64,000 nucleotides of DNA from Minisyncoccia bacterium. GTDB taxonomy: Bacteria > Patescibacteriota > Minisyncoccia > Phycocordibacterales > CAJBRS01. The stretch lies in NCBI GenBank assembly GCA_038215155.1, contig JBBQRF010000002.1, forward strand, positions 50,712 to 114,711, in the 5' to 3' direction. This document shows positions 17,892 to 27,254 of this stretch, in pieces; the first letter of the stretch is position 1, and each line of letters starts with the position of its first letter. The notes under the pieces are model-generated. The model was not told the origin of the DNA. It made no database searches and was given only the letters and a program-made list of their open reading frames with translations. Made by a program: the position numbers and the translations under genes.

Positions 17892-18164
17892 TTATCTTAC
17901 TGCGTCTTTCAAAGCTTTAGCCGCTCTGAATTTAGGCACTCGCATTGCAGCTACATTAATTGATTCGCCAGTGCGAGGGTTTCGTGCAGTGCGAGCGGCT
18001 CTTTGTTTAGCTACAAAAATACCGAGACCTGAGATTGAAACTTCGTCTCCTTTTTTAAGAGTGGTTACAATGGTCTCAATCACCGTATCCATTACTTGCT
18101 CGGCCTGTACTCGAGTTCCTCCGAGTACCTGCTGAATAGCTTCTACAATTCCTGCTTTATTCAT
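17892..18164 (-). CDS. hup: DNA-binding protein HU
   Basis: MNKA..., GLGIF, RAARTARNPRTGE, PKFRAAKALK. Confidence 0.95.
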   Translation of the reverse strand: MNKAGIVEAIQQVLGGTRVQAEQVMDTVIETIVTTLKKGDEVSISGLGIFVAKQRAARTARNPRTGESINVAAMRVPKFRAAKALKDAVR

Positions 18165-18243
18165 ATTAGGTTTTTTTAGTTTTTAATATTAGATATGACC
18201 GTTTCCATTATATATTAGGCCATTTTTGGCGCAAGCAGCAATT

Positions 18244-19776
18244 TTATCGAGCAAATTCTACAACTCTATTTTCGCGAATGACGGTAACTTTAATTTCACC
18301 CGGGTACTTTAGTTCTTCTTCAATTCTCTTAGCAATATCTTGGGCCATTTTTTTAGCTTCCAGATCAGTGACCTCGTTTGGAGTGACAAAAATGCGAATT
18401 TCCCGTCCAGCCTGAAGAGCATAAGATTTCTCTACGCCTTTAAAACTATTGGAAATAGCCTCTAAGTCACCCAATCGTTTTAAATAATGCTCCATGGTGT
18501 CTCGGCGAGCTCCAGGGCGCCCGCCAGAGATGGAGTCGGCCGTCTGAACAATGATGGACTCCACTGTCTCATAAGGGTATTCCTCATGATGGGCCTGCAT
18601 GGCTTTAATTATTTCTTCATTGGCGCCGAATTTTTGCAAAATTCGGCGCCCAATCTCCACGTGAGTACCTGCTACCTCGTGATCTACTGCCTTACCAAGA
18701 TCGTGAAGGAGAGCCCCTGCTTTGGCTATCTGGACATTTGCTCCTAATTCTTCCGCCAACATGCCCGCAATATGGGCCATTTCAATAGAATGTTGTAAAA
18801 CGTTTTGACCGTAACTAGTTCTGAAATAAAGTCTGCCTAAAATAGAAACGATTCGGGGATCTAGATTAAAGACACCCGTCTCATAAACAGCTTGTTCACC
18901 CTTTTCTTTAATAATCTTATTTATATCTTGTTTGGCTTTTTCTACTTCTTTCTCAATCTTGGCTGGTTGAATACGCCCGTCTTGGATAAGGGTCTCTAAG
19001 GCAAGGCGTGCCACCTGCCGTCGTACCGGATCAAATGAAGAAATGGTAATGGAGCCGGGAGTATCATCCACAATTATTTCTACCCCAGTTTCTCGCTCAA
19101 AGGCCTTAATGTTTCGGCCCTCCTTGCCAATGATTTTTCCTTTAATTTCATCTGAAGGAATATCTACGCTTGTGGTAAATAAATCAGCAGAGACGGAACT
19201 AGCCAAACGTTGAATTGTAGTGGAAAGAATATCTTTGGCTTTTTGCTCTAACTTCTCTTGACCAAAAGTCTCCAGTTTCTTCATACGAGTCAATATATCT
19301 TCCTCGTATTTCTTCTCTACACTTTGAAGCAAATGTTCTTTTGCTTCATTTTCTCCGAGGTGGGCAATTTTTTCGAGTTCCGTTCTTTTCTGACCCTCCA
19401 GACTATCAACTCTTTCTTTAATTTCTTTAATTTCAGAAATTTTAACTTTAATATTTTCTACTTCCTTATCAATATCCCCCTGGCGTGAGTCCAGAAGCTC
19501 TTCTTTTTTGATTAGGCGATCCTCAGTCTTTTTTAATTTATCTTCCTTTTCTTTAATTTCTTCTCGGAAAGCTTTTAAGGTGCCGGCCGCTTCCGTTTCC
19601 GCTCCCAATGTAATTTTTTTAGCTTCTTCTTTAGCATCAAGCATCATTTGCTTAATCTCTAACTCCATTGAACCTTTTCTACCCAGGGCCACCAATACAC
19701 GCAGAAAATAACCGATAGCAATTCCAACAACGCCGGTTGAGGCAAGCATTAGGAAGACAATTTTTATGGAAATCAT
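18244..19776 (-). CDS. rny: Ribonuclease Y
   Basis: N-terminal TM helix, coiled coil, KH domain (KGKIIGKEGRNI), HD domain (LLHDLGK). Confidence 0.96.
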   Translation of the reverse strand: MISIKIVFLMLASTGVVGIAIGYFLRVLVALGRKGSMELEIKQMMLDAKEEAKKITLGAETEAAGTLKAFREEIKEKEDKLKKTEDRLIKKEELLDSRQGDIDKEVENIKVKISEIKEIKERVDSLEGQKRTELEKIAHLGENEAKEHLLQSVEKKYEEDILTRMKKLETFGQEKLEQKAKDILSTTIQRLASSVSADLFTTSVDIPSDEIKGKIIGKEGRNIKAFERETGVEIIVDDTPGSITISSFDPVRRQVARLALETLIQDGRIQPAKIEKEVEKAKQDINKIIKEKGEQAVYETGVFNLDPRIVSILGRLYFRTSYGQNVLQHSIEMAHIAGMLAEELGANVQIAKAGALLHDLGKAVDHEVAGTHVEIGRRILQKFGANEEIIKAMQAHHEEYPYETVESIIVQTADSISGGRPGARRDTMEHYLKRLGDLEAISNSFKGVEKSYALQAGREIRIFVTPNEVTDLEAKKMAQDIAKRIEEELKYPGEIKVTVIRENRVVEFAR

Positions 19777-19778
19777 AT

Positions 19779-19907
19779 GGCGAATGTGATTTCGCCTTAG
19801 ACGCTAAGAGATGATGTATTCGATTCTTATGGTTTGTAACATGTGAACTTACGTTTGAAATGAAGGTGGGAGAGGTCGGAAAGTCAAAATCATCAGCTTC
19901 GGTCTAA
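19779..19907 (-). ncRNA. Long hairpin upstream of rny (6S-like RNA or cis leader candidate)
   Basis: Minus-strand pairings TTAGAC/GTCTAA, TGATG/CATCA, ATTTTGA/TCGAAT enclose a pyrimidine-rich region; followed by a GGCGAA/TTCGCC hairpin. Confidence 0.4.
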
Positions 19908-19950
19908 AACAAAATCAAAATTTAATTTTAATGAATTTAATATACTAGAG

Positions 19951-20520
19951 TTATAAAACTTTGTCTATAAGACCATATTTTTTGGCTTCCTCGGCATTCA
20001 TCCAGAAGTTGCGATCAACATCCTTTTCTACCTTAGAAATGGATTGTCCGGTATTTTTAGCGAGCATTTTATTAAGAATTTCTCGATTCTTCAGGATTTG
20101 CTTGGCAGTAATTTCAATATCTGAGGCTTGACCTTCAACACCTCCGGAGGGTTGATGAATCATGATTTCTGAATTCGGCAGGCTAAATCTTTTACCTTTT
20201 TTGCCGGCTGATAGAATAAGCGCGCCCATAGAAGCAGCAATACCTACACAAATAGTAGAAACATCATTCTTAACGTGATGCATGGTATCAATGATGGCGA
20301 GACCTGCGGTGACCATGCCGCCGGGGGAATGAACATAAAGATTAATATCTTTTTTTGGATCTTCAGATTGTAAAAATAATAATTGAGCAATGACAATGTT
20401 GGCAACATTATCATCAATAGGGCTACCGAGGAAGATTATGTTTTCGCGAAGGAGGCGAGAATAAATATCATAAGCACGCTCGCCGAATTGAGATTTTTCT
20501 ATTACGGTTGGGATTAACAT
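19951..20520 (-). CDS. clpP: ATP-dependent Clp protease proteolytic subunit
   Basis: [22 protein letters not shown]; start moved to MLIPTV at 20520. Confidence 0.96.
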   Translation of the reverse strand: MLIPTVIEKSQFGERAYDIYSRLLRENIIFLGSPIDDNVANIVIAQLLFLQSEDPKKDINLYVHSPGGMVTAGLAIIDTMHHVKNDVSTICVGIAASMGALILSAGKKGKRFSLPNSEIMIHQPSGGVEGQASDIEITAKQILKNREILNKMLAKNTGQSISKVEKDVDRNFWMNAEEAKKYGLIDKVL

Positions 20521-20560
20521 ATGGGGCAAGTATAGTAAAAAGTCTCTAAATTGCAAATAA

Positions 20561-20671
20561 GTCGCTTTTTCCCCGCTCCTACGAACTTTTGTCGAGGCGC
20601 GTTAGTTAATTTGGGTCCGCTAGGCCAAGTCTTACCCTCGCCAAAAGTTGCAGGACGGATCCAAAAGCGAC
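20561..20671. repeat. Structured ~110-nt repeat element, copy 1
   Basis: Core nearly identical to 63053-63162; nested inverted repeats. Confidence 0.8.
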
Positions 20672-20720
20672 ACATTATGTTCCAGTGAAACTTTCAAATG
20701 AAACTTGTTACAATTACAGG

Positions 20721-21437
20721 ATGAGGTTACACAGATTTTTAATTGAGGAAGAAATTGGAGATAGAAAAGAAATTACTATCACCGATTCGGAGTTATTGCA
20801 TCAGTGGCGCAATGTTTTTCGGTTCACCACGGGAACACAACTTTTAACTTTTGACAATTCTGGTTTTGAGTACTTAGCTTTGATTTCTCGGATTTCCCAT
20901 TTAGGCGCTTCGCTGAAAATAATTAATAAAGAAGAGAGAGACTTAAGTGGACCGAAGGTTTCTCTTTTTGCTGCCCTAATTAAAAAAAGTAATTTTGAAT
21001 GGGTGGTGGAAAAGGCGACTGAGCTTGGGGTCTCTCGTGTGGTACCCATTATTTCTGATCGCAGTGAAAAGAAAGGATTGAATATGGTCCGGGCGAAAAA
21101 AATTATTAAGGAAGCTAGTGAGCAGTCGGGAAGAGTAAGATTGACGAAATTAAATTCGCCGATAAACTTGGAAGATTTAATAGTTAGTTTGGAGATTAAA
21201 AAAGGCAAGAAAATAAATAATATTGTCATTGATCCTACTGGTGACATTTTTCCACCATCAGAAAAATTTGCCGAAGAAGTCGGTGTATTTGTTGGACCAG
21301 AAGGTGGCTGGGCTGAACGGGAGCTTCAACTTTTCAAATTAAAAAATATTCCTATTTATAGTCTCGGCCCGCAAATTCTGCGGGCCGAGACAGCCGCCAT
21401 TGCCGTCACCAGCTTTCTTTTGCTGCCCCGACGTTGA
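20721..21437 (+). CDS. rsmE: 16S rRNA m3U1498 methyltransferase
   Basis: EKATELGV, EASEQSGR, VGPEGGW, LGPQILRAETA; start moved to MRLHRF at 20721. Confidence 0.93.
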   Translation: MRLHRFLIEEEIGDRKEITITDSELLHQWRNVFRFTTGTQLLTFDNSGFEYLALISRISHLGASLKIINKEERDLSGPKVSLFAALIKKSNFEWVVEKATELGVSRVVPIISDRSEKKGLNMVRAKKIIKEASEQSGRVRLTKLNSPINLEDLIVSLEIKKGKKINNIVIDPTGDIFPPSEKFAEEVGVFVGPEGGWAERELQLFKLKNIPIYSLGPQILRAETAAIAVTSFLLLPRR

Positions 21438-21496
21438 TGTGACTATTATAATCACTGTGGCATAATAGTTAATTATTATTCGTAATTAAAAATATT

Positions 21497-21913
21497 ATGC
21501 TTTATCCATTTGTAAGATTCAACGACGGTAAAGGAGAAGAGGCTATGAACTTTTATAAATCTTGCTTTGGCGGTGAACTTCAAAACATGAAAGTGAAAGA
21601 TAGCCCTATGGCAAAAGATATGCCCGCGGACAAACAAGAATATCTTATGCACTCAATGTTAAAATCCGATTCAGCTTCTTTTATAGGTATGGACATGATG
21701 CGAGACAAGGCTACCGTGGGCGACAACGTAGGATTATCGATGGATTGTGATAGTGAGGAACAAATCAAAAACTTTTTTTCAAAGCTGTCTGAAGGCGGGG
21801 AAATTTTCATGCCGTTAGAAGTGCAGTTTTGGGGTGGTCTTTTTGGAGTGTTCACTGACAAATATGGCGTAGAGTGGATGCTAAATTATCAAAAGGAGCC
21901 GGCAAAAAGTTAA
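21497..21913 (+). CDS. VOC/PhnB family protein
   Basis: EAMNFY..FGG, MHS, QFWG..FG..TDKYGVEW. Confidence 0.88.
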   Translation: MLYPFVRFNDGKGEEAMNFYKSCFGGELQNMKVKDSPMAKDMPADKQEYLMHSMLKSDSASFIGMDMMRDKATVGDNVGLSMDCDSEEQIKNFFSKLSEGGEIFMPLEVQFWGGLFGVFTDKYGVEWMLNYQKEPAKS

Positions 21914-22929
21914 ATTTTTTCTTTCTGATTTTCTAAAAATTCCCAGACTCTTTCGTTAGTTAAAATCTGTGCCGCATACATTCGGGCCCGCAGAGGGTCT
22001 GCCTCCTTGTGATGTGACAAAATATGTTCAACTTCCTCGTCTACCATTTTTTTATCTGCCTCGATTTTTTCTTCGACGGCAATTTTATTAAGGATTAATT
22101 CCATTTTAGCTCTTTTAATAGCATCATTGTGCCACTCCTTTTTCATTTCCACCTCAGTCTTAGCAATTTGTTTGAAATAGTCGTCGGGAGAAAGACCCAT
22201 ACCAGAAATATTACCCTTAAATTGAGCCAGCATTTTTTCTTTTTCGCTTTCAATCAATATGTCTGGAATTTCCACTTCAGTTTTATCAATTATTTTGTCT
22301 AAAATAGTCAATCGCTGCTTTTCTCGTAACCGCAGCTCTTTTTCCATTAATAGGTTTTCCCGTAATTTATTTTTGAATTCTTCTACGTCTTTAAAATCAC
22401 CAAACCCTTTAACAAACTCATCTGAAAGTTCGGGCAATGGATCATTTTCATTTTTCAGTCGGCTTTTGCGAGCGCGAGTTAAACTCTCCTCAAACTCTAC
22501 ATCTGAAAGACTGGCCTTTTCTTGATTTTTATTTATTTCCTCGGCCACTTTTTTGTAATCAGGCAGCTTCATTTCTGGTAAAACAGCCAAAGTGATTTTA
22601 AAAAGAAGGGGATTATTAGGCGCTATTTTAGTTATGGAAATCTGAGGACGGCCTAGAGGATTAACCTTACTTTCTTCAAGAATTTTTAAATATAAATTCT
22701 CTATGGCGAGGGAGGCGCACTCTTCAAGAAGGCCCAGCTCGCCGATTCGCTCAACTAAAACCTTCTCGGGAATATGGCCCGGGCGAAAACCATCAATTTT
22801 TATTTGGGTGTTTAAGTTTTTTGTTGCCTCTGTGCGGTAACCCTCAATAATATTGGTTGGAATTTCCGCTTCAATCTCTACCTGAGAATTATGTTGAGGA
22901 GTAATTTTTACTATTCTATAAAGAGACAT
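21910..22929 (-). CDS. tig: Trigger factor lacking the PPIase domain
   Basis: GFRPGH ribosome-binding loop and ELSDEF C-domain linker; only 339 aa. Confidence 0.88.
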   Translation of the reverse strand: MSLYRIVKITPQHNSQVEIEAEIPTNIIEGYRTEATKNLNTQIKIDGFRPGHIPEKVLVERIGELGLLEECASLAIENLYLKILEESKVNPLGRPQISITKIAPNNPLLFKITLAVLPEMKLPDYKKVAEEINKNQEKASLSDVEFEESLTRARKSRLKNENDPLPELSDEFVKGFGDFKDVEEFKNKLRENLLMEKELRLREKQRLTILDKIIDKTEVEIPDILIESEKEKMLAQFKGNISGMGLSPDDYFKQIAKTEVEMKKEWHNDAIKRAKMELILNKIAVEEKIEADKKMVDEEVEHILSHHKEADPLRARMYAAQILTNERVWEFLENQKEKI

Positions 22930-22931
22930 AC

Positions 22932-23141
22932 TTAAGTAGATGTTGCGCTAGTCTGAATATTTACCGAGGATATAGTTGTAGTGGAAGTTGAATCAATTGT
23001 TGATTCTTTGGAATTTAAACGTCGTTCAATTTTATTTTGCCAAAAATAATAAGCCCCTAACAAAAGCACTAGAATGACAATTATAATACCCAGAATACCG
23101 CCTACAGAACCGGTCTTTTTTTTATTTAGCTCGCTAACCAT
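22932..23141 (-). CDS. Small single-TM protein with Ser/Thr-rich tail
   Basis: Hydrophobic GILGIIIVILVLLLGAYYFW; overlaps the ppa stop. Confidence 0.65.
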   Translation of the reverse strand: MVSELNKKKTGSVGGILGIIIVILVLLLGAYYFWQNKIERRLNSKESTIDSTSTTTISSVNIQTSATST

Positions 23142-23700
23142 TTTTAGGAAACTTCTTATTGTAAATATCCATGGATTTTTCCACAGCCTTCATCGCCTCT
23201 TTCTTATCTTTAATTTCTCCAATTATCACTTCGTTATCCTCTCCTTTTAGCATTTTGTAAGTTTCAAAGAAATGCTGAATTTCTCGGATAGTATGTTTAT
23301 TAATATCTTTGAGATCCTGGACATCTTCCCATCGGCGATCTTTTACGGGCACAGCAATAATTTTGCAATCAGATTCTCCGCCATCTTGCATCTCCATCAT
23401 AGCGACGGGGCGAACTTTTACTAGCACTCCCACATGAATAGGAAAAGTGGACAGCACTACTACATCCAAGGCGTCCCCATCCTCCCACAAAGTTTGCGGT
23501 GCAAAACCGTAATCTATTGGGTAAGGAGCATTGGAATAGTTAGCTCTATCTAAGGCAATTAGTCCGGTTTTTTTATCAATCTCATATTTATTATTTGAAC
23601 CTTTAGGAATCTCGATAATAGTATTAAATTCTTCCGGAGCTTTATCTCCGAGGGGAATATCGTGCCATAGATTTGTTCCTTGAGTCATAATTAATTTCAA
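23134..23700 (-). CDS. ppa: Family I inorganic pyrophosphatase
   Basis: IEIPKGS.NKYE, YGFAPQT, DGDALD, FFETYK; start may be the second Met. Confidence 0.95.
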   Translation of the reverse strand: MKLIMTQGTNLWHDIPLGDKAPEEFNTIIEIPKGSNNKYEIDKKTGLIALDRANYSNAPYPIDYGFAPQTLWEDGDALDVVVLSTFPIHVGVLVKVRPVAMMEMQDGGESDCKIIAVPVKDRRWEDVQDLKDINKHTIREIQHFFETYKMLKGEDNEVIIGEIKDKKEAMKAVEKSMDIYNKKFPKNG

Positions 23701-23722
23701 CGATTAAAATTTTGCTAAATAA

Positions 23723-24898
23723 TTATTCAGTTGCCGTATTGGTAGGTTCCTCTGCTTCGCCTTCGGCCAGGATTTCTCCTTTTGCTGATTGAATATCAAT
23801 TCTCCAACCGCTTAGCTTTGCAGCTAGTCTGACGTTCTGACCACCTTTCCCAATAGCTAGAGATTGTTGGTCTTCAGTTACTTCTACGGCCGCCATATTT
23901 TCCTCCTGATTTATTTTTACACTAAGCACTTTGGCCGGAGAAAGGGCATCTTCAATAAATTTTTCCGATTCAGATGACCATTCAATAATATCAATTTTCT
24001 CGCCCCCAAGCTCGCTCATTACGGTAGATACTCGTACTCCGCGTTGGCCGACCATTGAACCGACTGGATCAATGTGGGTGTCGTTAGAAAAAACCGCAAT
24101 TTTTGAACGTGAGCCCGCCTCTCGAGCAATGGCTTTAATCTCTACGGTGCCGTTAGCAATTTCCGGCACCTCTGATTCAAAAAGTTTGGCTAAGAATTTA
24201 GGATGAGAACGGGAGAGACGCAAGAATATTCCACGAGGGGTTTCTTCTACTCGAGAAAGATACATTCTCACTCTTTCACCCTGACGATAATGCTCTCCAG
24301 GTATCTGCTCTTCATATGGAAGAATGCCACTTGCTCGCCCCATATCTATAAAAATGTTACCGCGCTCAATTCGTTGCACAGTGCCATTAACAATTTCACC
24401 CTCTCGTTTTCCATATTCGGCCAACACACTGGTTTTTTCTGCTTCGCGAATTTTTTGGATAATTACTTGTTTAGCGGTCTGTGCGGCAATGCGGCCATAA
24501 TCATTCTTTGCTTCTAAAGGAAAAACTAGCTCCTCATCAATTTCTACCCCTTTTTTAATTTTCCGTGCATCTTCAACTAGTATGTGGTGCTCTGGGTTAA
24601 AGCGAACTTTCAATCCATCGGCGGCAATCTCTGGATGATCAGAGACCGGAGCTCCTTCTTCCCCCTCTTCCTCAAAAACTACCTTGGATTCATCAACAAC
24701 AATTTTCACTTGATAGAATTCAGCCGTTCCTGTATTTAGGTCAAACTTAGCCCGGATATATTGTCCTCGTTTGCCATACTCTTTTTTATAAGCAGTAGCC
24801 AAGGCCATTTCTATTGCCTCAATGATTTTTTCTCTAGGAATACCTCGTTCTTCTTCTAGCTGAGTAAGGACGGAATTTATTACTTTTAAGTCAAACAT
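23723..24898 (-). CDS. nusA: Transcription termination factor NusA
   Basis: GRIAAQTAKQ, AREAGSRSK, AIGKGGQNVRLA. Confidence 0.96.
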   Translation of the reverse strand: MFDLKVINSVLTQLEEERGIPREKIIEAIEMALATAYKKEYGKRGQYIRAKFDLNTGTAEFYQVKIVVDESKVVFEEEGEEGAPVSDHPEIAADGLKVRFNPEHHILVEDARKIKKGVEIDEELVFPLEAKNDYGRIAAQTAKQVIIQKIREAEKTSVLAEYGKREGEIVNGTVQRIERGNIFIDMGRASGILPYEEQIPGEHYRQGERVRMYLSRVEETPRGIFLRLSRSHPKFLAKLFESEVPEIANGTVEIKAIAREAGSRSKIAVFSNDTHIDPVGSMVGQRGVRVSTVMSELGGEKIDIIEWSSESEKFIEDALSPAKVLSVKINQEENMAAVEVTEDQQSLAIGKGGQNVRLAAKLSGWRIDIQSAKGEILAEGEAEEPTNTATE

Positions 24899-24969
24899 AT
24901 TTAGGTGGGGATTATTTTTAAAAAAAGAAGTTCGCCCAAAAGCGAACTGCAGACTAACTGACGTCCTTT

Positions 24970-24997
24970 AATTTACAGGAAGATATGGATTTGTCAA
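24970..24997 (-). promoter_or_regulatory. nusA promoter
   Basis: Minus strand TTGACA-N16-TAAATT. Confidence 0.5.
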
Positions 24998-25043
24998 ATC
25001 TTGTCAAATAGCCGGTACTACTCTATTATATAGAGGTATTAAA

Positions 25044-26294
25044 ATGACTAAAAAAATCATTTTCTCATTTTTGGTTCTAATAATAACTTTATTTACTTTT
25101 GTTTTTTTCTCAATTAAAAACGAACCGCAAGCCCTTGCCCAAAGTGGCGGTCTGTCTTCTGGGCTGCATGCTTTCAAAGGCTATGCTTGGTCTGGTATGA
25201 GTGATGGCGCCGGCAACACTACTGGAGTCTTCTGGATTCAATTCAATCCTTCTTACGGAGGGGTGTTTGTCGACGGTACCACTGGCAATATTTCCGGCTA
25301 CGCCTGGGCTAATCCAAATGATAATACAGCCCCTTCTCCTAATATCGGCTGGCTAAGTTTTAATAACTCTTCCGGTTGTCCTACCGCTCCCTGCCAGCCG
25401 AATGTCAGTTTAAGTACAGGAGCATTGACCGGATGGGCTCGATTTATTTCTTATAATAATCAACAGACGTACGATTCAGCTGCTGGCCGAGACTGGGATG
25501 GCTGGGTGCGATTAAGCGATACCTGGAGTAATCCTCCTGTTGCTAATTTATCTACTTACGTTATTAATGGCTACGCCTGGGGAGCTAGTACAACAGGATG
25601 GGTGAATTTCTGTACTTTTCCAGGAACTACTGGTTGTGTAACAATTGATACAGCTACTACCACACCTCCAACTACGCCGGGCGTTCCAGGATTACTCAGC
25701 CAATCGAATCTTACCTGTGATAGTTTCGGAGGATTAGTGAGCTTAACCTGGCCTGCTAGCAACCCCGCGCCCAACACATCAGCAGGCGGAGGTTATTATG
25801 TCTATCAAACTAATGCAGCGGGTACTCCTCTTGGCACAGGCTCTCCATATCAAAGATTTACAGCCACAAATAGCATCACTGTTTCGGGCTTAGCTTCTAA
25901 TTCCACCTACTATTTCAAGGCAACAGCCTTTAATATCGGAGCAGGTCAAGTAGCCGAAAGTGCTGCTACTGCCGTTATCACTACCACTAGCTCCAAGATT
26001 TGTAATAGCACCAGCGCTGCCATTATATTTAATGCTGTACCTCCGACAGTTCCTCGAGGCCAGTCTTGTAAATTAGTCTGGACAGTTTCTTTCCCAAGTG
26101 GCTGTACTATTACAAGTAGTGATACTAAATTCCCATACTCATTCGTTTCAGCTACTGGAACTACCGTTTCAAACCCTACCCAAGGGACTACTACTACCTC
26201 AGCAATCTTTAAGACCAAGGACTACCTACTCACTTGCGGTAATTTAACTGCCCGAACGACGTGTGCACTGGCTCCTAAATTTAATGAATTCTAA
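25044..26294 (+). CDS. Secreted surface protein with GYAW/GW repeats and an Fn3-like domain
   Basis: Signal peptide, GYAW x3, LTWPAS...VSGLASNSTYYFKATAFN, Cys pairs. Confidence 0.75.
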   Translation: MTKKIIFSFLVLIITLFTFVFFSIKNEPQALAQSGGLSSGLHAFKGYAWSGMSDGAGNTTGVFWIQFNPSYGGVFVDGTTGNISGYAWANPNDNTAPSPNIGWLSFNNSSGCPTAPCQPNVSLSTGALTGWARFISYNNQQTYDSAAGRDWDGWVRLSDTWSNPPVANLSTYVINGYAWGASTTGWVNFCTFPGTTGCVTIDTATTTPPTTPGVPGLLSQSNLTCDSFGGLVSLTWPASNPAPNTSAGGGYYVYQTNAAGTPLGTGSPYQRFTATNSITVSGLASNSTYYFKATAFNIGAGQVAESAATAVITTTSSKICNSTSAAIIFNAVPPTVPRGQSCKLVWTVSFPSGCTITSSDTKFPYSFVSATGTTVSNPTQGTTTTSAIFKTKDYLLTCGNLTARTTCALAPKFNEF

Positions 26295-26296
26295 AT

Positions 26297-26614
26297 ATGT
26301 ATCAAGAAAACTATTTCATCAGACATCGAATTATCATTCTAACTATTACGGTACTTGTTTTTCTCGCAGCGGGGGCATTAATTTGGTTTAAGATTAATAG
26401 ATCAGAAATCCAACCCGCCACCGCTAATAAAGGAGGATATACCGATGAACAAATCCAACTTCTACTTAAAAGTCAGGAAGCTACCCACGACCCTAGCATC
26501 TTCCCCGATCAACAGAAAAAATTAAGTCAAAGTCAGACTGCCGCTCATAGCGACACTTTAACCGCAGAAGAGCGTCAAAAATTATTAGAATCAATGCAGG
26601 CCCCTCAAAAATAA
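26297..26614 (+). CDS. Small membrane-anchored hypothetical protein
   Basis: N-terminal TM helix; tightly spaced within the operon. Confidence 0.65.
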   Translation: MYQENYFIRHRIIILTITVLVFLAAGALIWFKINRSEIQPATANKGGYTDEQIQLLLKSQEATHDPSIFPDQQKKLSQSQTAAHSDTLTAEERQKLLESMQAPQK

Positions 26615-26638
26615 TAAAAGAAATAATAAAAATATAAT

Positions 26639-27253
26639 ATGAAAAAATTATCAAGTTTATCGATGTCAGTAAGTGTAGTAATAGTAGCGATCTTTATTAG
26701 CGCATTCTGTAGTTATGTATTGGCGGATTCTTACTCTGCACCCAGTACTAATCCTCCTGGAGGTAATATTTCTGCTCCAATTAACACCTCAGGATCTGGT
26801 CAGATTAAGAGTGGAGGATTAACGGTTAATCTAGGGGGAGGAACTAACGGATTAATAGTAGCTTCAGGGAAGGTAGGAATTGGCACTATTAACCCAGCCC
26901 ATTCAATAGATGTCGTTGCCACTGGTGCTGACGGTATTGTTCAAGCGGTTGGATTTTATTACGCATCCGACTGGAACTTAAAACAAAATATTCTGCCCTT
27001 AAAAGATTCTTTGAATAAGATTACTCAACTGCAAGGAGTTTCTTATAATTGGAAATCAAGCGGAGCACCTGACGTAGGATTAATAGCCCAAGATGTTCAG
27101 AAAGTATACCCTCAATTAGTTACTTCAAATGCCACAGGATTAGCAGTAGATTACGGCCACTTAATCGGACCAATGATTGAAGCGATTAAAACGCAGCAAC
27201 TAGAAATTGATCAATTAAAAGCAGAAATTGAAGCTATAAAAGCTCATCGATAA
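26639..27253 (+). CDS. Secreted protein with a C-terminal peptidase S74 / intramolecular chaperone (tail-fibre) domain
   Basis: Signal peptide, GKVGIGT, SDWNLKQNI, GVSYNW, GLIAQDV, VDY..LI, terminal coiled coil. Confidence 0.8.
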   Translation: MKKLSSLSMSVSVVIVAIFISAFCSYVLADSYSAPSTNPPGGNISAPINTSGSGQIKSGGLTVNLGGGTNGLIVASGKVGIGTINPAHSIDVVATGADGIVQAVGFYYASDWNLKQNILPLKDSLNKITQLQGVSYNWKSSGAPDVGLIAQDVQKVYPQLVTSNATGLAVDYGHLIGPMIEAIKTQQLEIDQLKAEIEAIKAHR

Positions 27254-27254
27254 C

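Noticed and set aside
19870-19881. 12-mer GAGAGGTCGGAA shared with the hairpin at 9417
   Set aside because: Many 12-bp matches are expected by chance within 64 kb.
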